Below the pieces are notes generated by a model. The model was given only the letters and a program-made list of their open reading frames with translations. It was not told where the DNA came from and did no database searches. 64,000 bases of DNA from the NCBI RefSeq assembly GCF_001194135.2, contig NC_068988.1, positions 52,042,026 to 52,106,025 on the forward strand, read 5' to 3'. Of the stretch, positions 11,081-24,477 are shown in pieces. This DNA is from Octopus bimaculoides (lineage: Eukaryota). How positions within the stretch are numbered: position 1 is the first letter of the stretch; each line of letters starts with the position of its first letter. The translations under genes and the position numbers were made by a program.

Positions 11081-12638
11081 ATATAAGGATCAGTAAGAAC
11101 AAGTGTATTGAAATAGTTATTATGGAAGATTGACACCACGTTAAGAGTAGATATTTTACACACATTTAGATAAATCCAATATCTATCTTTCGTGAAAATT
11201 TCAAGTGAATGGAATAAATATTTTGTAAGTTACGAGGAAATAAAAAACCTTCGAAATTGCAACGGCCAAAAGTTAAGGGTCACTCAGAAAAAATGAACTA
11301 CAAACCGAGGTATTTGTTGTTTAGAAGACGGTTAATGGGCTAACAGTTACTTCTTATGATCTTTCATCATTGGAACATTCAGCTGTCAACATGGCGGCTT
11401 GCGAGAGACGACCGGTGTCCTGTGATGAAAAGCAAAGGATTGTGTGCCTTCAGCAAGAGGGCAAGTCATATTCTGTGATAGCAACTATAGTAGGAAGTTT
11501 CTAGAAGTGTTGTGCAACGAATTATAGCTCGTTTTAAGTCATCAGAATCGACAGATGTTAAACCCCAAACCGGTAGACCTAATAAAACTTCAAGACAGGA
11601 TCGTATTATGGTTACAATGTCACTGAAGGAAAGGTTTAAGAGTGCTGCTGAGATATCCTGCGAGTTTAGCATCACTTCCGATGTCAACGTATCGCGCAAA
11701 ACAGTTTCTTAGCGGTTACGAGGTTCTGGGTTGCTTGCTCGGGCACCGGCAAAGAAACCTCTGATCTCCAGAAGAATCAAACAGCCCGACTTCGTCATGT
11801 TATTTGGGCAGAACAGTAGTCACAGGTTCATTTTAGCGATGAATCGAAGTTTAATGTGATTGATTCCGATGGCGGGATGTGCGTCCGACGAAGAAGTGAC
11901 GAAAGGTTACCTTGTGCATGTGTGAAGGAGACAGTGAAATATGGAGGAGGCAGTGCAATAGTATGGGGAGTGATCTCTGCTGCAGGTCCTGGTCCACTTA
12001 TCCGCCTACAAGGGACTGTCAATGCTAAAATCTACAGGCAGATTCTTAGACAGCATGTCCTTCCACATCTCCGACCTTCGTCTGTTCAACCTCCTATCTT
12101 TGAGCAGGACAACGCTCCCTCTCACACTGCGAAGAGAGTCAAAGATATTTTGAGTGATGAAGGGATTGATCTCATGGACTGGCCATCTAAAAGTCCCGAT
12201 CTCAACCCTATAGAAAACGTTTGGAAGATTATTGGAGATGGGGCGCGAAGGAGAAATCCAAAACACCAAGATGAACTCTGGCAATTATTGAAAAACGAAT
12301 GAGAGAATATTAATCCATCATTTTGCAAGAAATTAATTCAGTCCTGTGGTAACAGATGTCAGGAGGTCATTGATAGTAAAAGGCTGTTCACAAAATATTA
12401 ATAGTAGTTTAATATATTTTTTGTTCTTGTTCCATTTTTCATTGATTTTCTAAGTGACCCTTAACTTTTGGCCATTGCAGTTTGGAAGATTATTTTTTTA
12501 TTTCCTCATAACTTACAAAATATTTAGTCCATTCACTTGAAATTTTCATGAAAGATATATCTAAATATCTAGTTTCAACGTTTTGCTAAACTTCTGTAAT
12601 AACTATTTCAATACACTTGTTCTTACTGATCCTTATAT
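11081..12638 (+). mobile_element. Tc1 (DD34E) transposon, full-length but inactive, ~220-bp TIRs
   Basis: Transposase 11391-12401: GRP, FSDESKF, QDNAPSH, WPSKSPDLNPIEN (34 residues between D and E); stops at ~11710 and 12300 plus frameshifts; TIR ataaggatcagtaagaacaagtg... mirrored at 12435-12641. Confidence 0.95.
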
Positions 12639-13387
12639 TATGGCCGTATACACTGATATTTTTCTTTCACTGGATGGAGTACATTTTTTTATGGATCTTA
12701 CCTTAATGGAACAGTAAACTATATATATGTGTGTATATATGTATATGTATGTATGTATTTATATATATGTATATNNNNNNNNNNNNNNNNNNNNNNNNNN
12801 NNNNNNNNNNNNNNNNNNNNNNNNNNNNNNNNNNNNNNNNNNNNNNNNNNNNNNNNNNNNNNNNNNNNNNNNNNNNNNNNNNNNNNNNNNNNNNNNNNNN
12901 NNNNNNNNNNNNNNNNNNNNNNNNNNNNNNNNNNNNNNNNNNNNNNNNNNNNNNNNNNNNNNNNNNNNNNNNNNNNNNNNNNNNNNNNNNNNNNNNNNNN
13001 NNNNNNNNNNNNNNNNNNNNNNNNNNNNNNNNNNNNNNNNNNNNNNNNNNNNNNNNNNNNNNNNNNNNNNNNNNNNNNNNNNNNNNNNNNNNNNNNNNNN
13101 NNNNNNNNNNNNNNNNNNNNNNNNNNNNNNNNNNNNNNNNNNNNNNNNNNNNNNNNNNNNNNNNNNNNNNNNNNNNNNNNNNNNNNNNNNNNNNNNNNNN
13201 NNNNNNNNNNNNNNNNNNNNNNNNNNNNNNNNNNNNNNNNNNNNNNNNNNNNNNNNNNNNNNNNNNNNNNNCACACACACACACATACACAAACAAACAT
13301 ACATACATACATACATACATACATACATACATACATACACACATACATACATACACACATACATACATACATACATACATACATACA

Positions 13388-13755
13388 TGGAAAAAGCTGA
13401 TTCGAAGACTACACATCGAAGCCATCACTGGAACTGTAAAAATCTGTAAAACTTTCCCGAAGTTTATCATTTGAGTATATATCCGCATGCCCAGATATGC
13501 ATGAGAAGATATGCATAAAACAAAACGTACAAATCTGCACGTATACACACACACACACACACAAGCACACACACACACATACATACATACATACATACAT
13601 ACATACGTACGTACATACATACATACATACATACATACATACATACATACATACATACATACCCCGTTGTTGATGTTGAAATTCCAGTGAAAGAGTTTTG
13701 GATCAAGGCTAGAAACATGCTCTTTCGCTGTTGGTAAGATTTTTTGAAATAAAAC
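13388..13755 (+). mobile_element. Second 3' fragment of the R4/Dong-like LINE
   Basis: gccatcactggaactgtaaaaatctgtaaaac...gtttatcattt, (CATA)n, then cc(c/t)gttgttgatgttgaaattcca, as in 1637-2370. Confidence 0.75.
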
Positions 13756-13980
13756 TGGATTGTGACATACATACGTACAAAAATAGATCTCACTACAACT
13801 CCTTCCTGTAGATGACGACTGTATTGTAGAAGGTTCTCTTCCACAGCATCGTCATAATCACTAGAAATACTTTCACACCCAACAGTTTTAAAGAGGGAAA
13901 TAATGACGTAATTCTAAATATAATATCCTGAAAAAATAATAAGACAGACAGGATGGTCATGACTTGAATTGCTTAGATTT

Positions 13981-14039
<59 letters not shown>

Positions 14040-15250
14040 NNNNNNNNNNNNNNNNNNNNNNNNNNNNNNNNNNNNNNNNNNNNNNNNNNNNNNNNNNNNN
14101 NNNNNNNNNNNNNNNNNNNNNNNNNNNNNNNNNNNNNNNNNNNNNNNNNNNNNNNNNNNNNNNNNNNNNNNNNNNNNNNNNNNNNNNNNNNNNNNNNNNN
14201 NNNNNNNNNNNNNNNNNNNNNNNNNNNNNNNNNNNNNNNNNNNNNNNNNNNNNNNNNNNNNNNNNNNNNNNNNNNNNNNNNNNNNNNNNNNNNNNNNNNN
14301 NNNNNNNNNNNNNNNNNNNNNNNNNNNNNNNNNNNNNNNNNNNNNNNNNNNNNNNNNNNNNNNNNNNNNNNNNNNNNNNNNNNNNNNNNNNNNNNNNNNN
14401 NNNNNNNNNNNNNNNNNNNNNNNNNNNNNNNNNNNNNNNNNNNNNNNNNNNNNNNNNNNNNNNNNNNNNNNTTAATAAGTATCAGTCTCGGGTTTCTGGA
14501 AACAATCGATGTTTAAGTTATATTGATGACACAAGTGAATACTGGTACATCCGAGTGATATTTTATTAACAGTTATGGTGAAATTGTAGAGTAGATAGAA
14601 GTTAATGGTAAACTAAATCCGAGATGCAGTTTCAATTTGTGTTTGAGAAAAGCATGAACGCCAAAATAATTCATTTTCTACTTTCTACAAAAAAAAAAAA
14701 AAAATTCCACCACGGAGTCCAATCTTTGTGGCGATGTAGTGGCTTCTGAGCTTCAGTCACCCTGAGAATTACACCAGTAAAGCGCAAGTTCCTAGTAAGA
14801 CCTCCGATGCTGACTAGGCCAAAGGTCAAAGGCCAGGTTAATATAGAGCACCTCATCCCAGGGGTAAAGGTGGGTTTGCGTAGGAGCCACGCTCCTATCT
14901 AGAACAAAAACCATATTTTACAGAATTATAGATGGTAATTCAAAACCAATAAGATCTGGGAGATGAAGGCCTAAATGGCAACCCAGAGTCGAGGCCAGCG
15001 GAGAAAATCGTCGATGACTTATGCTTCATAGTGAGTGAAAGGTTCGGGAAATAATAAAAAAAAGTATGGATTTTTTAGTCTAGTGAAAACGAAAATAAAT
15101 TGTTGTCCAGTGACAAATGATGACACAACGTATGTTGCTACAGACACAAGTGTAGGGTATTGGACCCTATAGGTAAAGAGTAGTCAACTTCTACAGACGC
15201 TTCATTTGTGATTGTGCAGACAAGTTACTTCCTTTGACTCAACTATTGAG

Positions 15251-15346
15251 AACAAGACAGTAAAAACAAACAGTGAGGGCTGTTGAGCCAAATTTTTCTA
15301 TCGTCTTGGTTCAACAGCCCTCACCATTTGTTTTTACTGTCTTGTT
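15251..15346. repeat. Inverted repeat, 41-bp arms, 14-nt loop
   Basis: aacaagacagtaaaaacaaacagtgagggctgttgagccaa / ttggttcaacagccctcaccatttgtttttactgtcttgtt; 3 non-Watson-Crick positions. Confidence 0.95.
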
Positions 15347-17105
15347 AACACTTTCACCCTCCGCAAAAAATCCCAAATTTTATGTTTTAACGAAGTCGCG
15401 TATTGTCCTTACCTTCGAAACGCGGAGTAGATGAAACAGGGACAACAGATGAAGGGGTATATTCTTTATGTTGCATGTCTTGTTTCTCTGGGGTTTTTTT
15501 TTTTTCGTTGTTCGAAAAAAAAGTTCGTTTTCTTTGTTTTCGTTTCTCATTGTGTTTNNNNNNNNNNNNNNNNNNNNNNNNNNNNNNNNNNNNNNNNNNN
15601 NNNNNNNNNNNNNNNNNNNNNNNNNNNNNNNNNNNNNNNNNNNNNNNNNNNNNNNNNNNNNNNNNNNNNNNNNNNNNNNNNNNNNNNNNNNNNNNNNNNN
15701 NNNNNNNNNNNNNNNNNNNNNNNNNNNNNNNNNNNNNNNNNNNNNNNNNNNNNNNNNNNNNNNNNNNNNNNNNNNNNNNNNNNNNNNNNNNNNNNNNNNN
15801 NNNNNNNNNNNNNNNNNNNNNNNNNNNNNNNNNNNNNNNNNNNNNNNNNNNNNNNNNNNNNNNNNNNNNNNTTGAAAAGACAACACGAAACCGGTTATTT
15901 CTCAAAATACAATGTTTATATACCAAAAAGATTTTATAACATTTTTCTAACATTTTTCTAACATTTTTCTGACATAATTTAAATATATACTTTAACCATG
16001 TAACACAAGCCTTCTGTAGTTTTTTCACTCTTATTATCTTTTATATATATATATATATATTTCCATCTATCAAATCTACCCACAAGGCTTTGGTCGGCTC
16101 GAGCCTACAGTAGAAGACTCTTGCCCAAGCTGCCACGCTGTGGGATTGAACTCAGAACCAAGTAGTTGGAAGCAAAGGTCGCTCTTTTTCTAAGTTATCT
16201 TTTCTATTTGTTGGTTTTAGATTTTCAACATCATACTATCTGACTGAATGATCTCATTTAGTCGACGTTTTTCACTTAACAGAATTACTCAAGATACATT
16301 TGAGACATCTTCTATGTGGTAATGGTGGCCAAATTATTACTACTCACGTAGTAATAATTCATCAATTGATTGTCTAATTCCTAGACAATTTCATTAAGAC
16401 CTTTATAAACAACATGATCGTGATGGCAAAAGGAGCTGGAGATGCAAATACCTATCCAGTTCTTGCTTTATTTTGCATTGTTTGGAACAATAATTCAATC
16501 GCAAGTTTCAACAACTCGTCATATGGGGGTCGAGATATTTTCAAGAGAAAAAGGAAGAGACAAAAAGAAAAGAAAAGAAAAATGTGAGAAACGACTATCT
16601 GGTAGTTAATTTGTGCTGAGAATAGCTATAATAATGCAAAATAGTTCTTCTTTACGTTCTAAGTTCAAATTCCGCCGAGGATGAATTTGCCTTTCATCCT
16701 TTCGGAATCGATAAATTAAGTACCAGTTTCGTACTGGTGTCGATCTAATCGACTGGCCCCCTCCCCCAAAATTTCGGGCCTTGTATCTAGAGTAGAAAAT
16801 AATACATAATAGTTCTTTTCCTAGCCTAATCAAAAACTATAACAGTTAAGCGTATTATTTTAAAAACATGTAGACCGTCATCATGTTATTTAGCCAGAGT
16901 TTTCAGACGATACATACACCTCGGGGAGAATTGCATAAAATTCGTTTTATTTACCATTTTACTGCCTTGTATTTATTTCCACGTAGTTAAAAATTATTAG
17001 ATTCTAAAGTTGTTTGACCAAAATGATAACTTTTAATTATGTGAATGTGTATACACACTCGCCCACGCGCGGATACACACACACACACACACGCACGCAT
17101 GTGTG

Positions 17106-17138
<33 letters not shown>

Positions 17139-17399
17139 GGTTCCGGGTTTAGGCACCTTGCGCACGTGTGTACGCGTTACTGTCGCCTTGCCGCCATTTT
17201 GTATGAGAGTTGAAAACGAGTGTCACCGTTATGCAAGTGGTGTCCTTTGTTTCCAATATTTTGAGAAAAGATATCTGGTGATGGGGGATATATTACCTCA
17301 CTTGGAAACAGGTGGCTGTTGGCAACAAGAAGGGCATCCAGCCACAGAAAATCTGCCTCAACAGGCTGGCCCCTACAATCACCGGATCTCAATATAAAC

Positions 17400-17716
17400 C
17401 AGGAGTTCCCAACTGTCCTCCGCACAGAACCCGGGGATCCACAGAAACTTTAAGGGGGTCCACGAGTAAAAAATTGTAATTTGTGGGTGCATATATAAAT
17501 TTTGTTTACTACGAGAGATACCTGTATTTATTGAAATTTTCAAGATTTGTATTTCGAATTTATGTTATGAATAAAACGAAATTGTTTCATTGTTAGCTTT
17601 TACCAACCTTCAAACAAATATTTTATTTTAAAATTTTACATGTGCATATATGGGGTCCACAGATGATAAGTTTGCTCTCAAGGGGTCCACAAGCAAAATA
17701 AGGTTAGGAACCCCTG
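17400..17716. mobile_element. hAT MITE with 8-bp TSD
   Basis: TIRs CAGGAGTTCCCAAC / GTTAGGAACCCCTG; TSD ATATAAAC at 17392-17399 and 17717-17724. Confidence 0.9.
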
Positions 17717-17843
17717 ATATAAACGAACAGTTATGGTGCATTTTGAAACTGCAAATGAGGATCCGCTTCCCTCTACCATCGTTACTGAAAGTGATAAAGC
17801 AAGTTTTACTTGAAGAATGGCACAAATTCTCCAGAGAATTGTT

Positions 17844-18188
17844 TAGTGGTTCTAAACCGGGGCCCTGAGAGTCTATATAAGGTTCTTGGAGGTCCACATG
17901 ACAAAATAGTAAATTGGGGATCCACAAAAATATTTTTAAGGGCCACTGAAAAATTTTTGCTTTAGATGTATTTTATTAGTATGTATTGCAAGAAACAGCT
18001 CAGTGTCTTTCTCTAACATCTTACATAATTCAGACTAGACAAGTGAATGTGTGAAAAATATAATAGGAATTTTAAAAGAAGTATTCATAAAACTGGTTTT
18101 GAACATCATTTGGCTGTGGGGGTCCACTAGTATAAAACAGTAATGAAAGGGCTCCATAGATATTTTAAAAAATGACTCAGAACCCCTG
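17844..18188. mobile_element. hAT-type MITE, TSD not evident
   Basis: tagtggttctaaaccgggg...gactcagaacccctg with internal ggtccac motifs. Confidence 0.6.
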
Positions 18189-18805
18189 GTTTACAAGATT
18201 TAAGAGTCAATTCCTCAACATTGTAAGGTTTTTGACTGATGCCGAAGATGAACCAACGTCGTGTTGAATAATAAAGCTTCTACTGAACAAAGTGTTTCCA
18301 TTATTTTGTACATATCTTTAGGCTGAGTGGGAACCATGTGGAGAGAGCGCTCGCCTTAGTTGTTAGGGCAACGTGGTTTTGTGTCCTCTCTATGAACAAC
18401 CCCAGAGGTTTCCCTTTTCTTCATTGTTATAATTTTATTTTGTTAGTTTTTTTTGTACTTTTTTACATGTTTTTTTTTGTCTTTTTATGAACCTTAAGTG
18501 GTTAATAAAGAAAACATTATCATCTTCCTCATCATCATCATCATCGTCATCATCAAATAAATATTAGTTCAGTATTGGAGTCGATGCAATCGATTTACCC
18601 ACTAACATGAAATTGCTGGCCTTATGCTAAAAATTGAAGCCAATATTATTGTTGTTGTTTTCCGCCGAAGTCAACTTTGCCTATTATCTTTTCGGGGTCG
18701 ATAAAATAGATACTAATATGCTTGATCGTTCTCTTTTCTTTTTTTTTTTTTTTTACGGAATTTGTAAATGATACTAAAAAGAATTTAACGTCAAATAATT
18801 TACAG

Positions 18806-21800
18806 CAGTGCTTAACAACCTTATTGCTGGAGCGGAACCCCAAGGAAACATTCCACTGGCTCAAGGGACCCCTGTGCAATAATTTAATTGTTTTATGCAA
18901 AAAAACAAAATTTAATTAATGAAATGAAAATACTCATGTTCAGATTTATTTACAATAAAAACACAAACCGTAAAAAAATTGTCACGTACGTATGCAATTT
19001 TATTCTTGCATCTACAGTTATTATTAAAACATGTATTAAAAAATTTTTTAGTTTGAATAGATTACATTTATTCTCATCAAAAACTCAATGAGAAACTTGA
19101 GCCTGGTGTTTCTTGCACAACTCTTTAAGATTGGGTTGTATTTTTGATAGACACACGCGAAGTTCATCTTCCACAGACAGCAATTGTGCTCGCTTCTTAT
19201 GCTTCATGGTTGTCAGAGCTGAAAATCCAAATTCACACAAGTAGGAGGTTGAAAACTGCACAAGAAGTCACAGCGCTTTCTGAGCAATTTCAGGATATTC
19301 CTTTACAACCAGCAACCAAAATGCATTCAGGTTAAGCTCAGAATGCTTCAACTTTAATGTTCTATCATTTAAAACACTGGCAAGTTCTTCTTTTTCTGTT
19401 AATGTGAACTGTTCTTCAAATGGCTCAAATTCCACAAATGGGTTTTTAATCCAGTCATACTGGTCAACAGATATCGATGGAAAATATTTGTCAAGATTTG
19501 TTAACAAAGTGTGCAAATGGTTCAAAATCAGTAGCGCAATTTCTTGACAATTCCTTTTAAAAACACTTGGAAACATTTCCAAATTTCCTGTAGCTATGCG
19601 TTTCTTCCATATTGTCAATTTCTTCTGAAAAGCATTTATTTTTGTCAGTAGAAGACAAGATATTTTCGTTCCCGCCCAGCATGCCATTGTTCAAGAGGTT
19701 TAGCTCATGAAATATAACGGCAAGATATGCTAACTTGGAACACCAATGGTCATCACTCAAACATTCTACAAAATCTTTCAGGTTTTCTTGCAAACAAAAG
19801 GTTAATAACTCTTCTCTTACCCCTTGACAACCATCGTATTTCTGTGTGCTGGATTAAGGTGGAATGGTCTGCTTCCATACCCACACAAAGTTTCGCAAAC
19901 TGTCGATATTTAAGTGGCCTCATCTTGATGCAATTAACTATTTTCACTACCATACCCAATGCAGATTTTAGTTCAGGTCCAAGAGTTTTAGCAACTAGTG
20001 CTTCTCTATGAACGAAACAATGAGTATGGATAATATTTGGATTTTGTTTTTGTGCGATTGGGACAAAACCTTTAAGACATCCTGTCATTGCAGGGGTACC
20101 ATCTGTACAAATACCAACACAGTTTTTCCAGTTCAATCCACAATACTCTGAATATGAATTCAAAACATCAAATACATCTTGTCCTTTTCTTGTTTCTGGC
20201 AACTCTTTGCAACACAGAAAGTCTTCTACAATAGCTTCATCATTAATAAAACGAACTAGTACAAGGAGCTGTGTTTTACCAGTAATGTCCGTACTCTCAT
20301 CAACTTGAAGTGCAAACAACTTATGTTTCAGTATTTTTGACTTAACATTGCACTCAATGTCTCATGACATGTCTTCAATGCGCCTACTTATTGTGTTGTC
20401 AGAAAGTGGAATTTTATTTAGCTCTGATTCAGCATCCTCTTCAAACATTATCCTCACTATTTCCTGTCATGCAGGTAAAATTACAGTTTCAGCGATGGTA
20501 TGAGACTTCATTTTTCTTGCATCTATCTCCACCACAGCATAATTTGCTTCTTGTCCTTTGTCACTCAGCTTGAACTTTTTGGCAAACATAGAAATTTGCC
20601 TTTTATTAAATGCCAATTCTCTTTTAAAATATTGTTCATTTTTGCTTGACAACCCTGGGTGTTTAGTTGTTAAGTGTCANNNNNNNNNNNNNNNNNNNNN
20701 NNNNNNNNNNNNNNNNNNNNNNNNNNNNNNNNNNNNNNNNNNNNNNNNNNNNNNNNNNNNNNNNNNNNNNNNNNNNNNNNNNNNNNNNNNNNNNNNNNNN
20801 NNNNNNNNNNNNNNNNNNNNNNNNNNNNNNNNNNNNNNNNNNNNNNNNNNNNNNNNNNNNNNNNNNNNNNNNNNNNNNNNNNNNNNNNNNNNNNNNNAAG
20901 GGCAGTCTGGGTTTCCAGTCCAAGTAAATCTCAGAGCTATGTAGTTTTCACAATATTGACGAACTTTTAGTTGCAGGTTAATTCCCTCATTTCTTGGTAA
21001 TTTCGACGTGGCAGCATCATTGGCAGTGGCTGCGGCTTCAACAGACTGCCTCAGACCCTGCGTCTCTTCATCTGTATCTAACTTACGTTTTTTTTCGGAA
21101 ATCTATCCATACTTGCAAGGCTGTAAGCAGAATTGTATATATATAAAAGCAAACCTAATAGTGGCAGGACAAAATGATCTTTAAAGTGTAGCGAGTTTAA
21201 TGATGTAAAATTTAGCTTTTATATTAATGTTTTCTTTTAGTAATAGGTATTTGATTATATTTAAACAATATGCATATAATAATAAAATAGATTTTCGGAT
21301 TTGAATTTAAAATGTCATTTATTTGTTCATTGTTCTAATTTAAAAATTTGTAAGGAATTAATATTTATGCATATTTTCATATCTTATAATTTAGTATCAG
21401 TTTCCCAATTTCTTCTTTTTTTTTCTACATATATAATTCTACTCTCTTTCGAATTTTTTAATCTTAACATTTGACCAAATGTTAATAGACGTCATACAAG
21501 AAATTTTTTTTACAAAAACGTCTTTTAAAAAGCTAAAGATCTTACGCAGTTAAAATGTTTCTTCCAAATATAGTCACTTGTATTTTACAAAAGAAAACTA
21601 AACTATCATCTAAGCTGGCATGTAACTCGTAGATGTGCACGTACATGTACACACCAAGTATCAGGGTCATCTTAGGCTGGCGTGCAACTCGTAGATGTAC
21701 ACGTAGGCTTAACATGTACACACATATCTGCACAGGAGAATTAAAAATTTCTGTCGATTTTAGCATTTATGTAACTTCTCGAGGAACCACTGGACTGTAG

Positions 21801-21827
21801 TAGCGGAACTCTGGTTGAAAACCATTG
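18806..21827 (-). mobile_element. hAT Buster/Charlie (ZBED8/SCAND3-like) transposon, pseudogenised
   Basis: TSD ATTTACAG at 18798-18805 and 21828-21835; TIRs CAGTGCTTAACAACC / CAATGGTTTTCAACC. Transposase 21110-19085: HTIAETVILPA, FALQVDESTD, ICTDGTPAM, HCFVHREAL, HTEIRWLSRG, ...QAQVSH*; frameshifts and an N gap. Confidence 0.95.
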
Positions 21828-23581
21828 ATTTACAGTAACGAGGTAAGATCCGCTTAGGATTTAAAGGGAAATAACTTTACTTAGTAACTGAAAGTTACAT
21901 TAGTTAGATTTACGTCCCTTTATTTGATTCTTTTTTTTTTTTTTACTTGTAGACGTGATTATCACACAAGAATTCTTGTTAGTGAGTTAATTGCTAGAAG
22001 AAGCTAATAAGTTAAATATATATATCATTATTATTAGTTGACTACATCGACTCCAGTAGTGATTTTCTTAAGTCTGTTATACATTTTATCAATACATATT
22101 TGGCAAACTGCTAAATTACAGGGTATAAAAATAAACAAAAACAATGATAAATCTGTGTGCTAATGTATGTATATATATATATATGTGTGCGTGTGTGTGT
22201 TTACATTAGTGTTCGGTTGCTTTTCGGTTGTGTATATATATATATATATATATAAACAAAATTTTCGGGAGGAAGATAATTGATTACATCTCAACTGGTA
22301 CTTATTTTATCAATTCTAGTCAAAAGGCTGCTCTTCAGGTGTTTGGCAAAGATCAAAGTGTAGTGTGTGTTTGTGTGTGTGTTAGTGAGGCGGGGGTGCC
22401 ATAAAATGGGACTTCAGTTCAGTTTCCATTAACCAAATTCCACTCACAAGGCATTGGTTGACCGGAGACATTAGCAGAAGATGCATACCAAAGTACCACA
22501 CCGCAGGACCAAACATGAAATAGCATAGTTGCAAAACATAATTCACAAGCACACAGAAATGCTTGCACCTTATAAGTAAGACAATAGCAAAACATGAAAT
22601 TTAACTCACAAAAGCTATGTTGAAATTTACTGTCCTATAGTGTGGTATTTCAGCTGACATTTCTACCTATTTCACCATCCACCCAATTCATTTAAATGCT
22701 TTTATTAGTTACTTTCAACATGTGATAGTAATATGGTTTTCACATGACAGTAGTATAATTCTGTGTTATTAGAAACCAGTTACTTTTTGTACTCATCTCA
22801 GTACATAAATGCAGGAAAGCTGTCAGAGTAGATATTACAGTAAGTGTAAGATACCACATCAACTACATTGATCTCAGGCTGAGGATTTAATATTGTCTCT
22901 GCTAGAGGCACAAAGCCCGAAAAATTGGTGGAGACAGGTAGTCGATTGTATTGACCACAGTGCTCAACTGGTACTAATTTTATCAACTTGAAAGGTAAAA
23001 ATTGACCTTGGTCGAATTTAAACTTGGAATGTATATAAAGTTAGATGAATAGCCACTAAACATTTTGTCCAGCATGCTAATGATTCTGCTAGCCCAGTGC
23101 TTTTAGATGAATATTTAATAACAACTGTATTGATCTCACTGTAAAGGAATGCAGATGGCCCAGTGGTTAGGCAACTGCGCTCTTGATCATTAGGTCATGG
23201 ATTCGATTCCCTGTCCAGAAAGTGCATTATGTCCTTGGGCAAGACACTTTACTTCATGTGGCTTCAGTTCACTCAGCTCGCAAAAAATGAGAAAGATCGA
23301 CAGAGTGACTGGTCAGTGTCAATTTAGTGTGGCAGCATCAATGAGTTGGTGATATAACCAAAAGTTTCAGGCTTCGAGAGGGATATATATCCAGCAGGGG
23401 ACTGCTACATCCTATCTTGACCCTTTCATCATCATCATCATCATCATTTAACATCCGCTTTCCATGCTAGCCAGGCTCCAATCTGATTTGGCAGAGTTTC
23501 TATAGCTGGATGCCCTTCCTAACATCAACCACTCAGAGAGTGTAGTGGGTGCTCTATATATATTATCATGTAATGTCCGTT

Positions 23582-23617
<36 letters not shown>

Positions 23618-24174
23618 NNNNNNNNNNNNNNNNNNNNNNNNNNNNNNNNNNNNNNNNNNNNNNNNNNNNNNNNNNNNNNNNNNNNNNNNNNNNNNNNNNN
23701 NNNNNNNNNNNNNNNNNNNNNNNNNNNNNNNNNNNNNNNNNNNNNNNNNNNNNNNNNNNNNNNNNNNNNNNNNNNNNNNNNNNNNNNNNNNNNNNNNNNN
23801 NNNNNNNNNNNNNNNNNNNNNNNNNNNNNNNNNNNNNNNNNNNNNNNNNNNNNNNNNNNNNNNNNNNNNNNNNNNNNNNNNNNNNNNNNNNNNNNNNNNN
23901 NNNNNNNNNNNNNNNNNNNNNNNNNNNNNNNNNNNNNNNNNNNNNNNNNNNNNNNNNNNNNNNNNNNNNNNNNNNNNNNNNNNNNNNNNNNNNNNNNNNN
24001 NNNNNNNNNNNNNNNNNNNNNNNNNNNNNNNNNNNNNNNNNNNNNNNNNNNNNNNNNNNNNNNNNNNNNNNNNNNNNNNNNNNNNNNNNNNNNNNNNNNN
24101 NNNNNNNNNNNNNNNNNNNNNNNNNNNNNNNNNNNNNNNNNNNNNNNNNNNNNNNNNNNNNNNNNNNNNNNNNN

Positions 24175-24477
24175 GAGTGTTTATTGAGCGAAAACACCTA
24201 AAGCTCCACGAGGCTCCAGCAGGGGATGGTGGCAAACCCTACTGTACTCTTTCACCACAACTTTCTCTCACTCTTACTTCCAGTTTCTGTTGTGCCTGTA
24301 ATTCAAAGGGTCAGCCTTGTCACACTGTGTCACGCTGAATATCCTTGAGAACTACGATAAGGGTACACGTGTCTGTGAAGTACTCAGCCACTTGCACGTT
24401 AATTTCACAAGCAGACTGTTCCGTTGATCGGATCAACTATAACCCTCAGTGTCGTAAGCGACGGAGTGCCAACAACA
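24175..24477 (+). mobile_element. SINE family B (head lost in gap)
   Basis: Matches 10682-11069. Confidence 0.85.

Noticed and set aside
12703-14569. Long ORFs (200-317 aa) here and at 894-1271, 15380-16028, 23448-24338, 54350-55076, 58999-59730
   Set aside because: They are open only because of N runs and (TA)n/(CATA)n/(TC)n microsatellites.
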